Source of the DNA: a virus | Taxonomy: Duplodnaviria > Caudoviricetes | DNA: 59,578 nucleotides | IMG/VR virus record: IMGVR_UViG_3300006802_000106 | Span: 1 to 59,578 of that record | Strand: one strand, 5' to 3' | Shown here: piece after piece, positions 1 through 10,200 of the stretch | Layout: each line of letters begins with the position of its first letter | Numbering within the stretch: the first letter of the stretch is position 1 | Position numbers and translations under genes: made by a program | The notes under the pieces: generated by a model | Database searches by the model: none | Told to the model about the DNA's origin: nothing | The model's input: the letters and a program-made list of their open reading frames with translations, nothing else

Positions 1-11
1 ACCCCGATGAG
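1..11. repeat. 11-bp terminal direct repeat (circular assembly overlap), copy 1
   Basis: ACCCCGATGAG is identical to 59568..59578. Confidence 0.9.
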
Positions 12-53
12 TTTCCACGGCAGCAGCTTGAATGCGGTCAAAGAACCGATCAC
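1..53 (-). CDS. Rz: 5' end of i-spanin (Rz-like); continues across the circular junction into 59072..59578
   Basis: GTG at 53 with AGGTG upstream; reads MIGSLTAFKLLPWKLIG and joins in frame to VVVAVAVLIGVVWWQVDAY at the window end via the 11-nt overlap. Confidence 0.8.
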   Translation of the reverse strand, partial: MIGSLTAFKLLPWKLIG

Positions 54-57
54 GGCA

Positions 58-219
58 TCACCTGTTCATCAGCCGGCCGACGGAGGCCAGATCGTAGTGC
101 CCGGCGACGCCGGGAAGGCATAGCCGCACCAGATCACGCGAGAACGGGTTCCGACGATCGATCATCGGCACGCTCGGGTCGACGTTTATCCCGTATCTGG
201 TGCGCGGGCCGATCAGCAT
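58..219 (-). CDS. 53-aa ORF, possibly a truncated tail-protein N-terminus
   Basis: ATG at 219 just after the upstream stop; MLIGPRTRYGINVDPSVPMIDRRNPFSRDLVRLCLPG...; stop abuts the spanin start. Confidence 0.4.
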   Translation of the reverse strand: MLIGPRTRYGINVDPSVPMIDRRNPFSRDLVRLCLPGVAGHYDLASVGRLMNR

Positions 220-221
220 GC

Positions 222-448
222 TTAGTGCTCCACAGCGACCGGACCGAGCCAGATTTTATTGCCGCTCGCTGGCAGCGTGGCGCCCGAGCTGTTGCGCAGG
301 ATCAGTTTGCACGCTCCCCACGGCATCATGACCGTCCCCTGCCCCCACGCAAGATCGCCGTGGCGGCACTGGTGCCGGAGAAGGCCAAGCTGATGCCTTC
401 CTGCCACCCGACGAGAGGGAGACGATACCCGTTCTTGTCTGCGTACAT
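222..448 (-). pseudogene. small virion-operon gene apparently split by a frameshift or deletion near 336-346
   Basis: GGAGG RBS and ATG at 448 (MYADKNGYRLPLVGW..., stop at 326); plausible C-terminus GTVMMPWGACKLILRNSSGATLPASGNKIWLGP lies in the -1 frame; G4/G5 runs at the junction. Confidence 0.4.
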
Positions 449-450
449 AC

Positions 451-762
451 TCAGAACCTCCGCACCTGCGGGGTGAACTCGAACTCCCAGTGACCGATCG
501 GCTCGGCACTGATGGTCGCGTCGACGACCGCCACAACCTTCTTTCCTGCGACGAACGAAATGTCGTTGTCGAAGATGACCCGATAAAGCCCGTTGTCTGC
601 GACGTGAGGGATTGTCAGCGGCCACGTCATTCCGGTGAGCGCCGTGCCGGTCTTTTTGTCGCGAAGGGTCACCGCAACGTCCGCGTCGTTGATCACCTCC
701 TCGGTGATCTCGTCGGTGAGCCACACTCGCAGCATGTTCGGGTTCGCGACAAACGCGGTCAT
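451..762 (-). CDS. hypothetical virion-operon protein (beta-rich, 103 aa)
   Basis: RBS GAGG, co-oriented and tightly packed in the late operon. Confidence 0.65.
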   Translation of the reverse strand: MTAFVANPNMLRVWLTDEITEEVINDADVAVTLRDKKTGTALTGMTWPLTIPHVADNGLYRVIFDNDISFVAGKKVVAVVDATISAEPIGHWEFEFTPQVRRF

Positions 763-777
763 CTCAGCCTCGCCTCA

Positions 778-3186
778 TCAGGTCGAACTATGCCCTGTAT
801 CGGGACTGCCGTCTACCTTTGGATCGATCAGGATGTCGGCTCCGGTCGTCGGATGAACAGCGAGAATTGCCGAGACACGCGGGCCTATCGCGATCTCAGC
901 GCGTGCCACACGTGTCGCGATCCCGGACGGGGTCCGGGTTCCTGCCCCAACCAGCGTAGGAACCGGAGCTAAGATCGCTTCCAAACCGACGATCACCCGA
1001 ACACCGGAGCCGTTGAGGATCGTCGTCGGTGTGATGACAGTTCCGGAGCCTGTGACGATCCGACGACCAGTACCAGCTAGAGCAGGGACGGGAGCCGCGA
1101 CACCGCCGGCGCCGATTACGGGGCCGATGACACTTCCGGCACCACTGATAGTCGGAGTAGATGCGGAAATCGCCCCGGAGCCTGTGACCGTGCGGACGCC
1201 GGAGCCGGAGAGCGTGGGGACCGTGGATGTGACCGCCCCGGAGCCTGTGACCGTGCGAACACCGGAGCCAGAGAGCGTGGGGACCGTAGATGCGACCGCC
1301 CCGGAGCCTGTGACCGTGCGGACGCCGGAGCCAGAGAGCGTGGGGACCGGGGCCGTGATCGCCCCGGAGCCTGTGACCGTGCGGACGCCGGAACCAGAGA
1401 GCGTGGGGACCGTAGATGTGACCGCCCCGGAGCCTGTGACCGTGCGGACGCCGGAACCAGAGAGCGTGGGTACGGAGGCTGTGATCGCCCCGGAGCCTGT
1501 GACCGTGCGGACGCCGGAACCAGAGAGCGTGGGTACGGAGGCTGTGATCGCCCCGGAGCCGGTTACGGTGCTGCTGGTGACTGTTCCAGAGCCGCCAAGG
1601 GTCGGGACCGGGGCCGCTATGGAGCCGACCCCTTGGGAGGCGCGACCGCCCAAGCCAGCAACGACGCCGACCGGAGCCTCTATAGCACCAGTGCCGGTGA
1701 CGATACGCTCGATAGCGCCCGTGGTCGTGGGCACCGGAGCGGAGACCGCTGCTCCACCCACCACGGCGCGCTCGCCTGCCGCTGAAACGGTCGGAGAGGT
1801 GCCGCTGATAGCGCCGCTGCCGACAACCGACCGCTCACCGGAGGCCGCAGCTTCCGGGGCAACAGCAACCGCACCAGCAAGGCCGCTAACGACGCGTTCT
1901 CCGGTGGCGTCCACGCTACCGGCAGGAGCTTGCACGGCACCCGTGCCGGATGCGCCGGTAGTGTAGACAACCGTGAGTTTTGGCGGAACGCCAGTGCTGC
2001 CGTCCTCAAAGACCACATAGGCGTTTGCGCCCGGATCGGTGTCTAGCCGCTCATCATCCGAATGGAGGTAGACCGTCGTGTTGCCGGTCTTGTTGATGGC
2101 TGCAATGAACGCCGTCTCGCTGGAGAAGTCATTGTAGCTCGACGTAACCCCACTTGTTGCCAAAGATGCAACGAGCGGATAGCTCCCCAGCGTGTCCGGG
2201 TCCACAAAGTCAGGCGTGCCAAACGCTGCGCCGAGATCAACGGCGCGGACCTCAATAGTGAAGTCAACGCTCGAATTATCAAGATACAGATACAGCGACA
2301 GTGTGACTGAGGTGATGATGGCGTCATCCGGCAAGGATGAAGTGTCGAACACAAGGCCGCCGTTGTCGATATACGACCCCGATACCTCATAGCCGACATA
2401 GACGCCGTCAGTGACCAAAAGCGAAGTGTTAGCCCGTGCGTCCGCCCAATCGGTGCCGCCCCGATAGATCGTGCCATCAGCCGCCGTGGAGTTGAAAACC
2501 ACGGAGGTCTCGCTGCTGCTTGAGACAGTGCCGGAAGCAGAGACAGTCGGGACCGTTCCGAAGATATCGGCGTCGCCCCATTCGTCCTCATAGTCAACGA
2601 TCAGGGCGGGCCGATAAGCCGCCGTGGCGTTCTCAGAGGAGCGGATAGTGTAGCGGTGGTCAGAGGTCCCCGGCGAGGTGCCGTTGATGAAGTCTGCCGA
2701 GGCCAGCGTAACGCCGAAATAGTCGGAAGCATCGGCGTCCGCCTGCGCCTGAGCGACAGCCGAGGCATTGAGCGAAATCTGGTAGGTGGTGGTGGTGCCG
2801 TTGTTGGTGGACGGGATGGTGCCAAACACGGTCCACCCGGCCACGGTATCGCCCGGATACCAGTCGTCCGAGCCGATAATGCCGTCCGTGTTGTAGTCCA
2901 GAATTTTGATGTCGCTGGCGTTAGATACTGAGCTGCTGTTGGTGGTGTATTCCACCGTAACGGCGGTGATCTTCTTCCCGTTCAGGGAAGAAAGATCGAA
3001 GCCCATATAGGCCAGCCAAAGCAGGAACGTCCCGGAGTTGTACCGCTGGCCAGTGATGAAGGTGGACGCAGTGGAATTAACAACATCCGGCGTCGTGTCT
3101 GAACGCGCGGTAGCGTAGACCGTATCGTCCGAGCGGGTATAGCCGTCGCGTTGGCTGGACGCTGGCCGGATAGTCGTGGTGGCCAT
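778..3186 (-). CDS. tail/head fibre-like protein: two N-terminal beta-sandwich (DNRLRE-like) modules plus a G/S/T/V-rich repeat stalk
   Basis: Two related modules (FDLSSL...ITAVT...RPALIVDY and FDTSSLPDDAIITSVTLSLY...PPKLTVVY) followed by 21-aa repeats. Confidence 0.7.
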   Translation of the reverse strand: MATTTIRPASSQRDGYTRSDDTVYATARSDTTPDVVNSTASTFITGQRYNSGTFLLWLAYMGFDLSSLNGKKITAVTVEYTTNSSSVSNASDIKILDYNTDGIIGSDDWYPGDTVAGWTVFGTIPSTNNGTTTTYQISLNASAVAQAQADADASDYFGVTLASADFINGTSPGTSDHRYTIRSSENATAAYRPALIVDYEDEWGDADIFGTVPTVSASGTVSSSSETSVVFNSTAADGTIYRGGTDWADARANTSLLVTDGVYVGYEVSGSYIDNGGLVFDTSSLPDDAIITSVTLSLYLYLDNSSVDFTIEVRAVDLGAAFGTPDFVDPDTLGSYPLVASLATSGVTSSYNDFSSETAFIAAINKTGNTTVYLHSDDERLDTDPGANAYVVFEDGSTGVPPKLTVVYTTGASGTGAVQAPAGSVDATGERVVSGLAGAVAVAPEAAASGERSVVGSGAISGTSPTVSAAGERAVVGGAAVSAPVPTTTGAIERIVTGTGAIEAPVGVVAGLGGRASQGVGSIAAPVPTLGGSGTVTSSTVTGSGAITASVPTLSGSGVRTVTGSGAITASVPTLSGSGVRTVTGSGAVTSTVPTLSGSGVRTVTGSGAITAPVPTLSGSGVRTVTGSGAVASTVPTLSGSGVRTVTGSGAVTSTVPTLSGSGVRTVTGSGAISASTPTISGAGSVIGPVIGAGGVAAPVPALAGTGRRIVTGSGTVITPTTILNGSGVRVIVGLEAILAPVPTLVGAGTRTPSGIATRVARAEIAIGPRVSAILAVHPTTGADILIDPKVDGSPDTGHSST
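1175..1552. repeat. 63-bp in-frame tandem repeat x6 (GSGAITASVPTLSGSGVRTVT-like)
   Basis: Units begin CCGGAGCCTGTGACCGTGCG at 1175, 1238, 1301, 1364, 1427, 1490. Confidence 0.95.
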
Positions 3187-3189
3187 GCG

Positions 3190-3537
3190 TCACCCCCGGA
3201 TGTATTCGAGGAACCTCACCAACTGGACCTGAGCCGCCGCTACCGGGTCATCCCGGCCAGCTGCTGCTACTTCGTAGGCGTTGTCGTCATCATCCACCAC
3301 GATCATCGTTCGGATGACGCTCCCAGTGGGGTCAGGAACCCAAGTGTCCGGGTCCGTGTAGGTCCACCGGACTGTTTTGCCACTCACCGCGTCCGCTATG
3401 ACGGCCACCGTGCTTCCGCCCTTGGCCTCCAAGGACAGGACAGAACACCCGAGGTCCGCAAGCTCTATCGAGGCTTGCGGGGACGCAACGCCGAAGGACA
3501 CCTCGAACGCCGCGACAACTGATTGAGCGGCGTTCAT
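3190..3537 (-). CDS. hypothetical protein
   Basis: GGAGAG RBS before ATG 3537 (MNAAQSVVAAF...); operon packing. Confidence 0.65.
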   Translation of the reverse strand: MNAAQSVVAAFEVSFGVASPQASIELADLGCSVLSLEAKGGSTVAVIADAVSGKTVRWTYTDPDTWVPDPTGSVIRTMIVVDDDDNAYEVAAAGRDDPVAAAQVQLVRFLEYIRG

Positions 3538-3550
3538 GCGGCGCTCTCCG

Positions 3551-3937
3551 TTACGAGGCGGGCTGGGTGTAGGTGAAGCTGGAGACGCCCACGGTGTCGC
3601 CAGCGCCGATGGAGGTAGATGAAAGCTCCAAGTCGCCGCCACCGCCAGTTGCAGTTACGGTGCCGCGAAAGACTTCCGTGTTGTCGCGGTCCTGCACTTT
3701 GAACTTGGCGGCGGTGCCGCCCGTCGCGTCCGTGTCAGACGTGATGGTGTCAGCCGTGGCGACGCCGGTAGCCGCAGCGCCAAAAGCCGGGTTGGAAAAG
3801 GCGAGGGTGGCTACTTCCACGTCACCGCTGGTCATGATGACGAGATCGCCGTTTGCGTCGCCGCTTCCGGCGTCCAGCAAGTCCACGACCGCGTTTGCAG
3901 CGGCATTCCGCGCTGCGGTGGTAAGAGTGATGCCCAT
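3551..3937 (-). CDS. small phage structural/fibre-associated protein
   Basis: Typical virion sequence (TAARNAAANAVVDLLDAG...VATLAFSNPAFGAA...GGGGDLELSSTSI); start overlaps the upstream stop. Confidence 0.75.
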   Translation of the reverse strand: MGITLTTAARNAAANAVVDLLDAGSGDANGDLVIMTSGDVEVATLAFSNPAFGAAATGVATADTITSDTDATGGTAAKFKVQDRDNTEVFRGTVTATGGGGDLELSSTSIGAGDTVGVSSFTYTQPAS

Positions 3938-4221
3938 CAGGTAGTCTCCTCAAGAGGTTCGATGACGATAAGACCGTCTTCCTGCCACTTCTCGGCTGCG
4001 GCGGCCAGTCGGTCATTGCCCGCACGCAGCCAATACTCCATCCCGCAAACGTACGACGTCTGGAACTCCGGACAGAAAAAATCCTTCAACGGAACAAACA
4101 TGGCCAGCTTCGTCTCGGTGGGGATCGTAAGGGTGTGGTCCACTGGCCTCGGTCCTCTCTGCAGTGCGGTATCTCGCCGGTTTTCCGCATCGTATCGTAC
4201 CTGTCTGGCAGGCGCAATCAC
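3937..4221 (-). CDS. hypothetical protein
   Basis: Translationally coupled to both neighbours. Confidence 0.65.
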   Translation of the reverse strand: MIAPARQVRYDAENRRDTALQRGPRPVDHTLTIPTETKLAMFVPLKDFFCPEFQTSYVCGMEYWLRAGNDRLAAAAEKWQEDGLIVIEPLEETT

Positions 4222-7200
4222 TGACCGGAGCCGTAGTTACCGAACCCGATCGCCGACCGGACGTCCGGGTCGTTCACGCGGACACCGAGCGGCGTGCCAT
4301 AGATATCGCTGACCGCCCGAGCCCGAGCCCGCTGCCTGATGGTGTTGCTCAGCGACCCCAAGATCGCATGCGTCGGGTGCGCCTGATCGAACCGGCGCGC
4401 CTCACGCAGAAGCTCGACGGCACTCTCCCGATCCCCGCTTTCGATCGCCACGGCCAGTCGGCGGCGAAGCGCACTGGCCTCTCGCGAAATGCCCTTGAGA
4501 CGGTTCTTCGCTGCCTGACTTTCTTCGGTGTACTCCGCCTTCTCGGCGGGGGTGATCCCGAGGAACTGCATCATGACATCGTTCGCGCCCGCGCTCATCG
4601 GCATCTTGTTACCCGCCCGATCGACATAGCCGTCCGTAGTCATCCGCATTGCCTCGATCGGACCCTTCAGCGCGACCGGCAGGGTCTGCTTCATCCCTGT
4701 GAGCACGTCCCCATCGAGCGCCGTGGAGGTTCCCTCGATCAGGTTACCGAGCATGCTGACCGGAGCGCCAGCGGCCGAGGCCAGATAGTTGTTGATGCTG
4801 TCTCTCCAGTTGGCCTTGTCGGTCAGCAACTTGCTGAACGGCAGGATATTCTGCTCTCCGACACGACCAGAGAAATCCGCCCCGATGGCGCGAGGGGCTC
4901 CACGCGCGATCACTTCACCGACACCCTTCCCGAGACTGTCGGACAGGAAGTTTCGCCACGCAGTCTGCACATCGTAAGGCTTGTCCTTGTCGTCCCCGAG
5001 CTGGTTCGCAAGGGCGTCGATCGCAGCGAAAATGACGGAAGCGATCGGCATGCCCGCCGTACCCGCCAAGAACCCGACCGCAGCGAGATGCCCGCCCATC
5101 CATCGGCGTGCAGCTGCCCGCTCCTCCTTGGTCGTCCCGGGACGGGTGAACGCCGTCGTCATCTCCCGGTACATCTTTTCGATGAGCTGGTAGGTGTAGT
5201 TGTGGAATGCAAACAGGATGCGAGACCAGTTGCCGAACGCACCCGCCTTGCCGATCTGCCGAGCGGTGTTCCATGTGCCCCAACTGAACATCGACTGGTC
5301 CACCACTGTGTCCGCGTACCTCTCCAGATCAGGTTTGCCGCCGTGCAGCTCGCGAGCCGACAATCCGGCAATCAACCGGGTCATCAGCTCCGGATAGACT
5401 GAAGTGGCACTGGCAAACCGCAAGGTCTTGTCCCACGCGGTTTCGCCGCCCGCCTTGCTCGCCAACCGCGATGTCTCACGGGCAAGACCGCCAATGTCGA
5501 TGTGGCCCCGGTTGACCATGCCCATGACGAACTTGGCCGTACTTGACGGGATGCCGGCAGCCTTGAGTGCCTTCATGGTCACGGACGCATCCGCGAACCG
5601 CAGATTGCCGTGCCGCCAACCCTCCGCCGCGACTGCCCGGAGAATGTTGAACGCCATCGGAGTGACTTTGGCGATGGCCTTTGCGGCATTCACGAAACCG
5701 TGAGTTTTTGCCAGCTCGGGCCACAGCAGAACCGGAACGGCTGTCAATTGGGTCAGCATGTACGCCGGAGACATGCTGAGGAAGTACGCGTGGTTCGCCG
5801 CCGTCAGCGTATCCACGAACCCGTGCTCAGCCCGCAGCGGCGCCCGAGCCTCCCGGAGGGTCAGCTCGCCATAGACGTCGAACATCCGCTGACGGTTCTG
5901 GAGCGTCATGCTCTCGTCCCGTCGAGCCGCACGAATTGCGCTCTGCATCTCCCGGAGCGCCCCGAGAGAACGAGGCGCGGCGGTCAAGCTCGCCAGCGCA
6001 TTCGCACTCACGTCTGAACGGAACGCGAAGTTGCGGATCATGTCTCCACTGTAGCCGGGGACAACCCGTCGGCGAGCCATGACGCGGTTGATCGAGTTGT
6101 CCGGGAGCAGATCGAGCCAAGCCTGTGTCAGCGAGACGCGAAGGTCCGCTTTGCTCCGCGCCAACGCATCCGTTTGATCCTCGGTCATGCCGGCCGTCGC
6201 CTCGAACGTATCGCTGTCCACCACGGCGTCGATGACGTTCTGCAACCACTCCGGGGAGATTGTCCGGCGAACGTCGTCGTCGGATCGCGGCCCTTGGACG
6301 ATCGGCTTGTCGGCTACCAGCAGGCCGGCAGCGCGCATCTTCTTGGCAACATCGAACAGCGCCTGCTGCTGCTCCGGGTTCTCGACCCGAAGATAGATAT
6401 CCGAGACACCGGTCCCGGAGTTGAGCGAGACATGCCCGAACCCGGCCGCGTCCAGATGCTTGGCGATCCGGCGGACGATGTTTCGGTCGATCCGACCACC
6501 CTCTCCGGTCTTCATGGTCATCGACACGAAGTAGTCGCCACCTCGACCAAGATGGAAGTACGGCGCCTGCTCGACATCCGCCACATACTTCCGGATCGAC
6601 GTCAGCATCCCTTTGAGCGCCTTGACCGCTCGCGGACGTCCATCCTCCTCGACTGCCTGCACGAACGCCTCGGCCCCGGCGATCCGCTGGTCAACCTGCT
6701 GCCGCCAATACCGCGCCGCACCCACCGGGTCGGTGTGCAGATCGCTCGCCGCCATGTACCCATCCATCGGGTGTGCGTCGAAGCCGGCGACCTGCTGGCC
6801 CGGGAACGTGGCCTGCATGAAGTTCTGCATCTGCACCGCGAACCGGGAGAACCAGTCCGCGTTGTTGCTCGCCAGCAGGTCGTCGTAGACCTTGTGCTGG
6901 CGCTTGCTCACCAGAGCCCGGTACTCGCCGTTGGCCTTGTCGACCCGCCCTCGGAGATAGGCGGCATCCTCGTCGTCGTGGAGCCACGTGTGGTCATCCC
7001 ACGAACGCCGGGGATCGATGTCCTCGGCCGTGTACTTCATGAGTGTCTGGACCGTGTCGGCGGCCTTCGGATCGACCCTGCGAAGGTCGTAGAACCCATC
7101 CATCGCCGCGCGCTGCATCTGGACGATCTGGTTCTTGATCGCGTCCCGAGACTGCCGCGCCTGCATGTACCGCTCGAACGGGTTCCCGTCCTTTGTGGTG

Positions 7201-10200
7201 AACAGTTTACCGTACTGCGCGAACAGGTCGGTCAGTGACCGCCAGCCCATCGACAACTTCCGGGCTCCGGCGCCCACTGTCTGAAGGTCCTTGACGTTCT
7301 CCCACCAGCTCTCGACCTGCTGGACCGCCTGCTGCGCCCGGGCGTTGTCGGCGATGGGGCCTGTGGACCGGGCCGGGGCCGTCTCGAACGATACGACCGG
7401 AGCAATACCCGGGTCCCGAACCAGTGTCTCCGTCGTTGAAGGTGGGATATTGCGCCTTCTGTCCGCGCTATACCCTTGACGGATTTGCACATTACGGGCC
7501 TCGATTTCGCCGGCGAGATTGCGGTAAATCGTATTCTGCACAATCGCGGCGCCGCCAGAGACCGCGCCGCGCAAACTACGCAGCCGCTCAGCGAACATAC
7601 GATCCGGCTTCGCGCTCAAATCCGCCTCCAGCTGGCGGATCGTGGGCGCAGCATCCGATAGCTCTTGCACCGATAGCGCATACCGTTGCCACTTGCGAAG
7701 CGAAGTGAACAGGTTGACAGCCTCGACTAGCCGATCCTCGGACCAGCGTTCTGCGTTCGCCGTCCTCCGGAGGTCCGTCTGATCGATTACTCGCACGTCT
7801 TTCCCGGTAAACGCCATAACTTCAGCGACGTCCGGATCGGACACATACCCTTCCAGTTCCGTGTTGATCCGGCTCATTGTCCGATTAATATTCCGATCGT
7901 CATATGCGTCCACGCTACCGGGATTTCCCCCTCGAGCGAAATCCTCGACTTCCTGCACCGCGTGCTGGATTTCGTGAAGCAGCGAGCTCAATGTTGCTGG
8001 GGAAGTGCTGCCGGACGGGGCGGTCAACTGAATGAAGTTCCCGGCCGGATCAAAAGACCCACCGAAATCCCCGACAGCGTCAAATTCCACCGGCATGCTA
8101 CGCAGATTGGGGTAAGCCTTGAACAGCCACGGATGGAACAAGACGTCTGACAGCACTACCCCGACAGGTGATGTCGGGTCCGGCTTGAACGGACGCAGTT
8201 TCGCGGCGGTGTCGTCAATCTCGAACTTCCAGCGATCGTCTTCGCCCTTATACCAGCCGGTATCCTTGAGCACCTCGTCCGGACGATCTCCGCGCTCGAT
8301 CCGAAGCTGGGCCTCGTCGAGAGCTGTCAAGTTAGCGCTCAGCGCCTTCCGACCGCCCAGCATTCCGCTGGTGTCAGCCATGAACGCCTTGATCTCCGCC
8401 ATCAGCTTCTTGACGATCGCCCGAATGCGGGCCGGGACAGATGTGATGCCCTCGCGGATGGCCTGCAGCACGCTGGCAAGCAGCGCCCGTTCGGTACGCT
8501 CGTCGAACTGCTCGTGCCCGAAATGCTTCTTCGCGACCTCGCGATCCGCATCGGTCAGCGTATCCGCGACTTTCTCCTGCGCGGTCTGCTGGGGAGGCTG
8601 GTCGGCTCGGTCTGTCGGCCGACGGTTCGTCTGACGAGACACGCGATCGCGCGCCGTCTGGCCGGCAGGGAGGCCCGGAAGCCGCTCGTCCGGAGCGGGA
8701 ACGCCAGACGGAACCTGCTCAGTCCGTGTGCCTGCCACCGTCTCCTGCCGGGTCTGAGCCGGGAACATGGCTGCCGTGGTCTCGACGGCGTCCGGCAGCA
8801 CGAACACCGTCCCACCATCAAACTCGGCAACATGCGGCAAAATCTTGCCAAGGAACATCTGAGACGATGTGTTGATGCAGCCGAAGCTGATCTTATTGTC
8901 GTCCGGAGTGGTCGACGCCAGCCGCTCCTCACGACGCTGTTCCGGCTTCTCCAACCAGACAGAATGCACGGCCACGTACCCGGAGCTGTTGGCCCCGACA
9001 TCCTGACCATCCTTCTGGAACGCCAGAACCTGACCGCCGGGGTAGCTGGGGACAGAACGCTGCTGGAGCCTGTAGGTCCCGGCCGGAGTGATCCGCTCCG
9101 AGACGGACATCGCCTCCATGTCCGTCTTGTCCGGAGCCTCGATGAACTGGTCCCCGGCAGACATTCCAAACAACGCCGGACCGCTGTCGATCAACGCCCC
9201 GGTCCGGTCGAACACGTGGATCGCCCCGCTCGGTTTGTCTGCGATCATGAAACCTTTGCCGCTTCCGATCGCGGCCGGAGCCATGGTCTCGTAAACCGCG
9301 ATTGCCCGGTCCGACATCATCGCCCGCGCGTTCTCTGGTACCATCTGCGTGATCGGGACGGTCCGCGTCGTCGAGAAATCCGTGGTGACGTCCGTGACCG
9401 GCGGCTGCGTCAGGCTAACATTAAACACCAGCGATGTCGCCAAGACCGCACCCATAATCCGCTTCACGATCCGCCGGATCGCAACGGCGACAGACGTCAG
9501 GCCGTTGTTGATCGCGGTCACCAGATCGTTGACGAACCGACGCTTGGCAACGTCGTTGTATTCTTTCTCGCCGTAGTGCTTCGCAAGAGTGCTTTGCTCG
9601 GTCGGCGTTAGCTGGTCATGGACGACTGTCTCCTCGACGTTCGTCCGGGTAGTCGGCTCCGACGGCGCAGCCAGCGTGCGCTGACGCTGAGGCTCTGGCG
9701 AGAAGCTACGACGCTTCGGCTGCTCCGGCCGGGGACGACGCTTGGACGGCTTTTCCTCAGCAGGGGTCATGACCTCCTGCAGCGTTGTCGGCGTAGAGGC
9801 TGCAAGCCCACGCTGCGGAAGCGGCCTCGGAGCGAAACTCTGCCTCTCGGGAAGGGCGCCAGTCGCCGGAGTTGGAGGGAGTTCCGATCCTGTGGAAGGA
9901 GGGGCCACAGGAGCTGGGGGTGGAACCTCCGGCGACTGGACAGTCTGCTGCTCTGCCGGAGCCAGAGCGAGGTTCGTAACTTCCGACGGGTTAGTTCGCT
10001 GAGCCTGCTGCGCGACAAGCTCCGAGAGAGGTACCTCCGGCGTATCCAACAGGAGGGGCGGCTCAGCCGGCGTCGTCTGGCGCGCTCGCAACGCCTCAAA
10101 CACGACGGCCGAACCGTCAATAGGCGCAGCGACGGCTGGCGCCGGCACGTTCCACCCAAGCCAAGGAGCCCGACCCTGCTGAGCGGTCTCGATCACCCGG

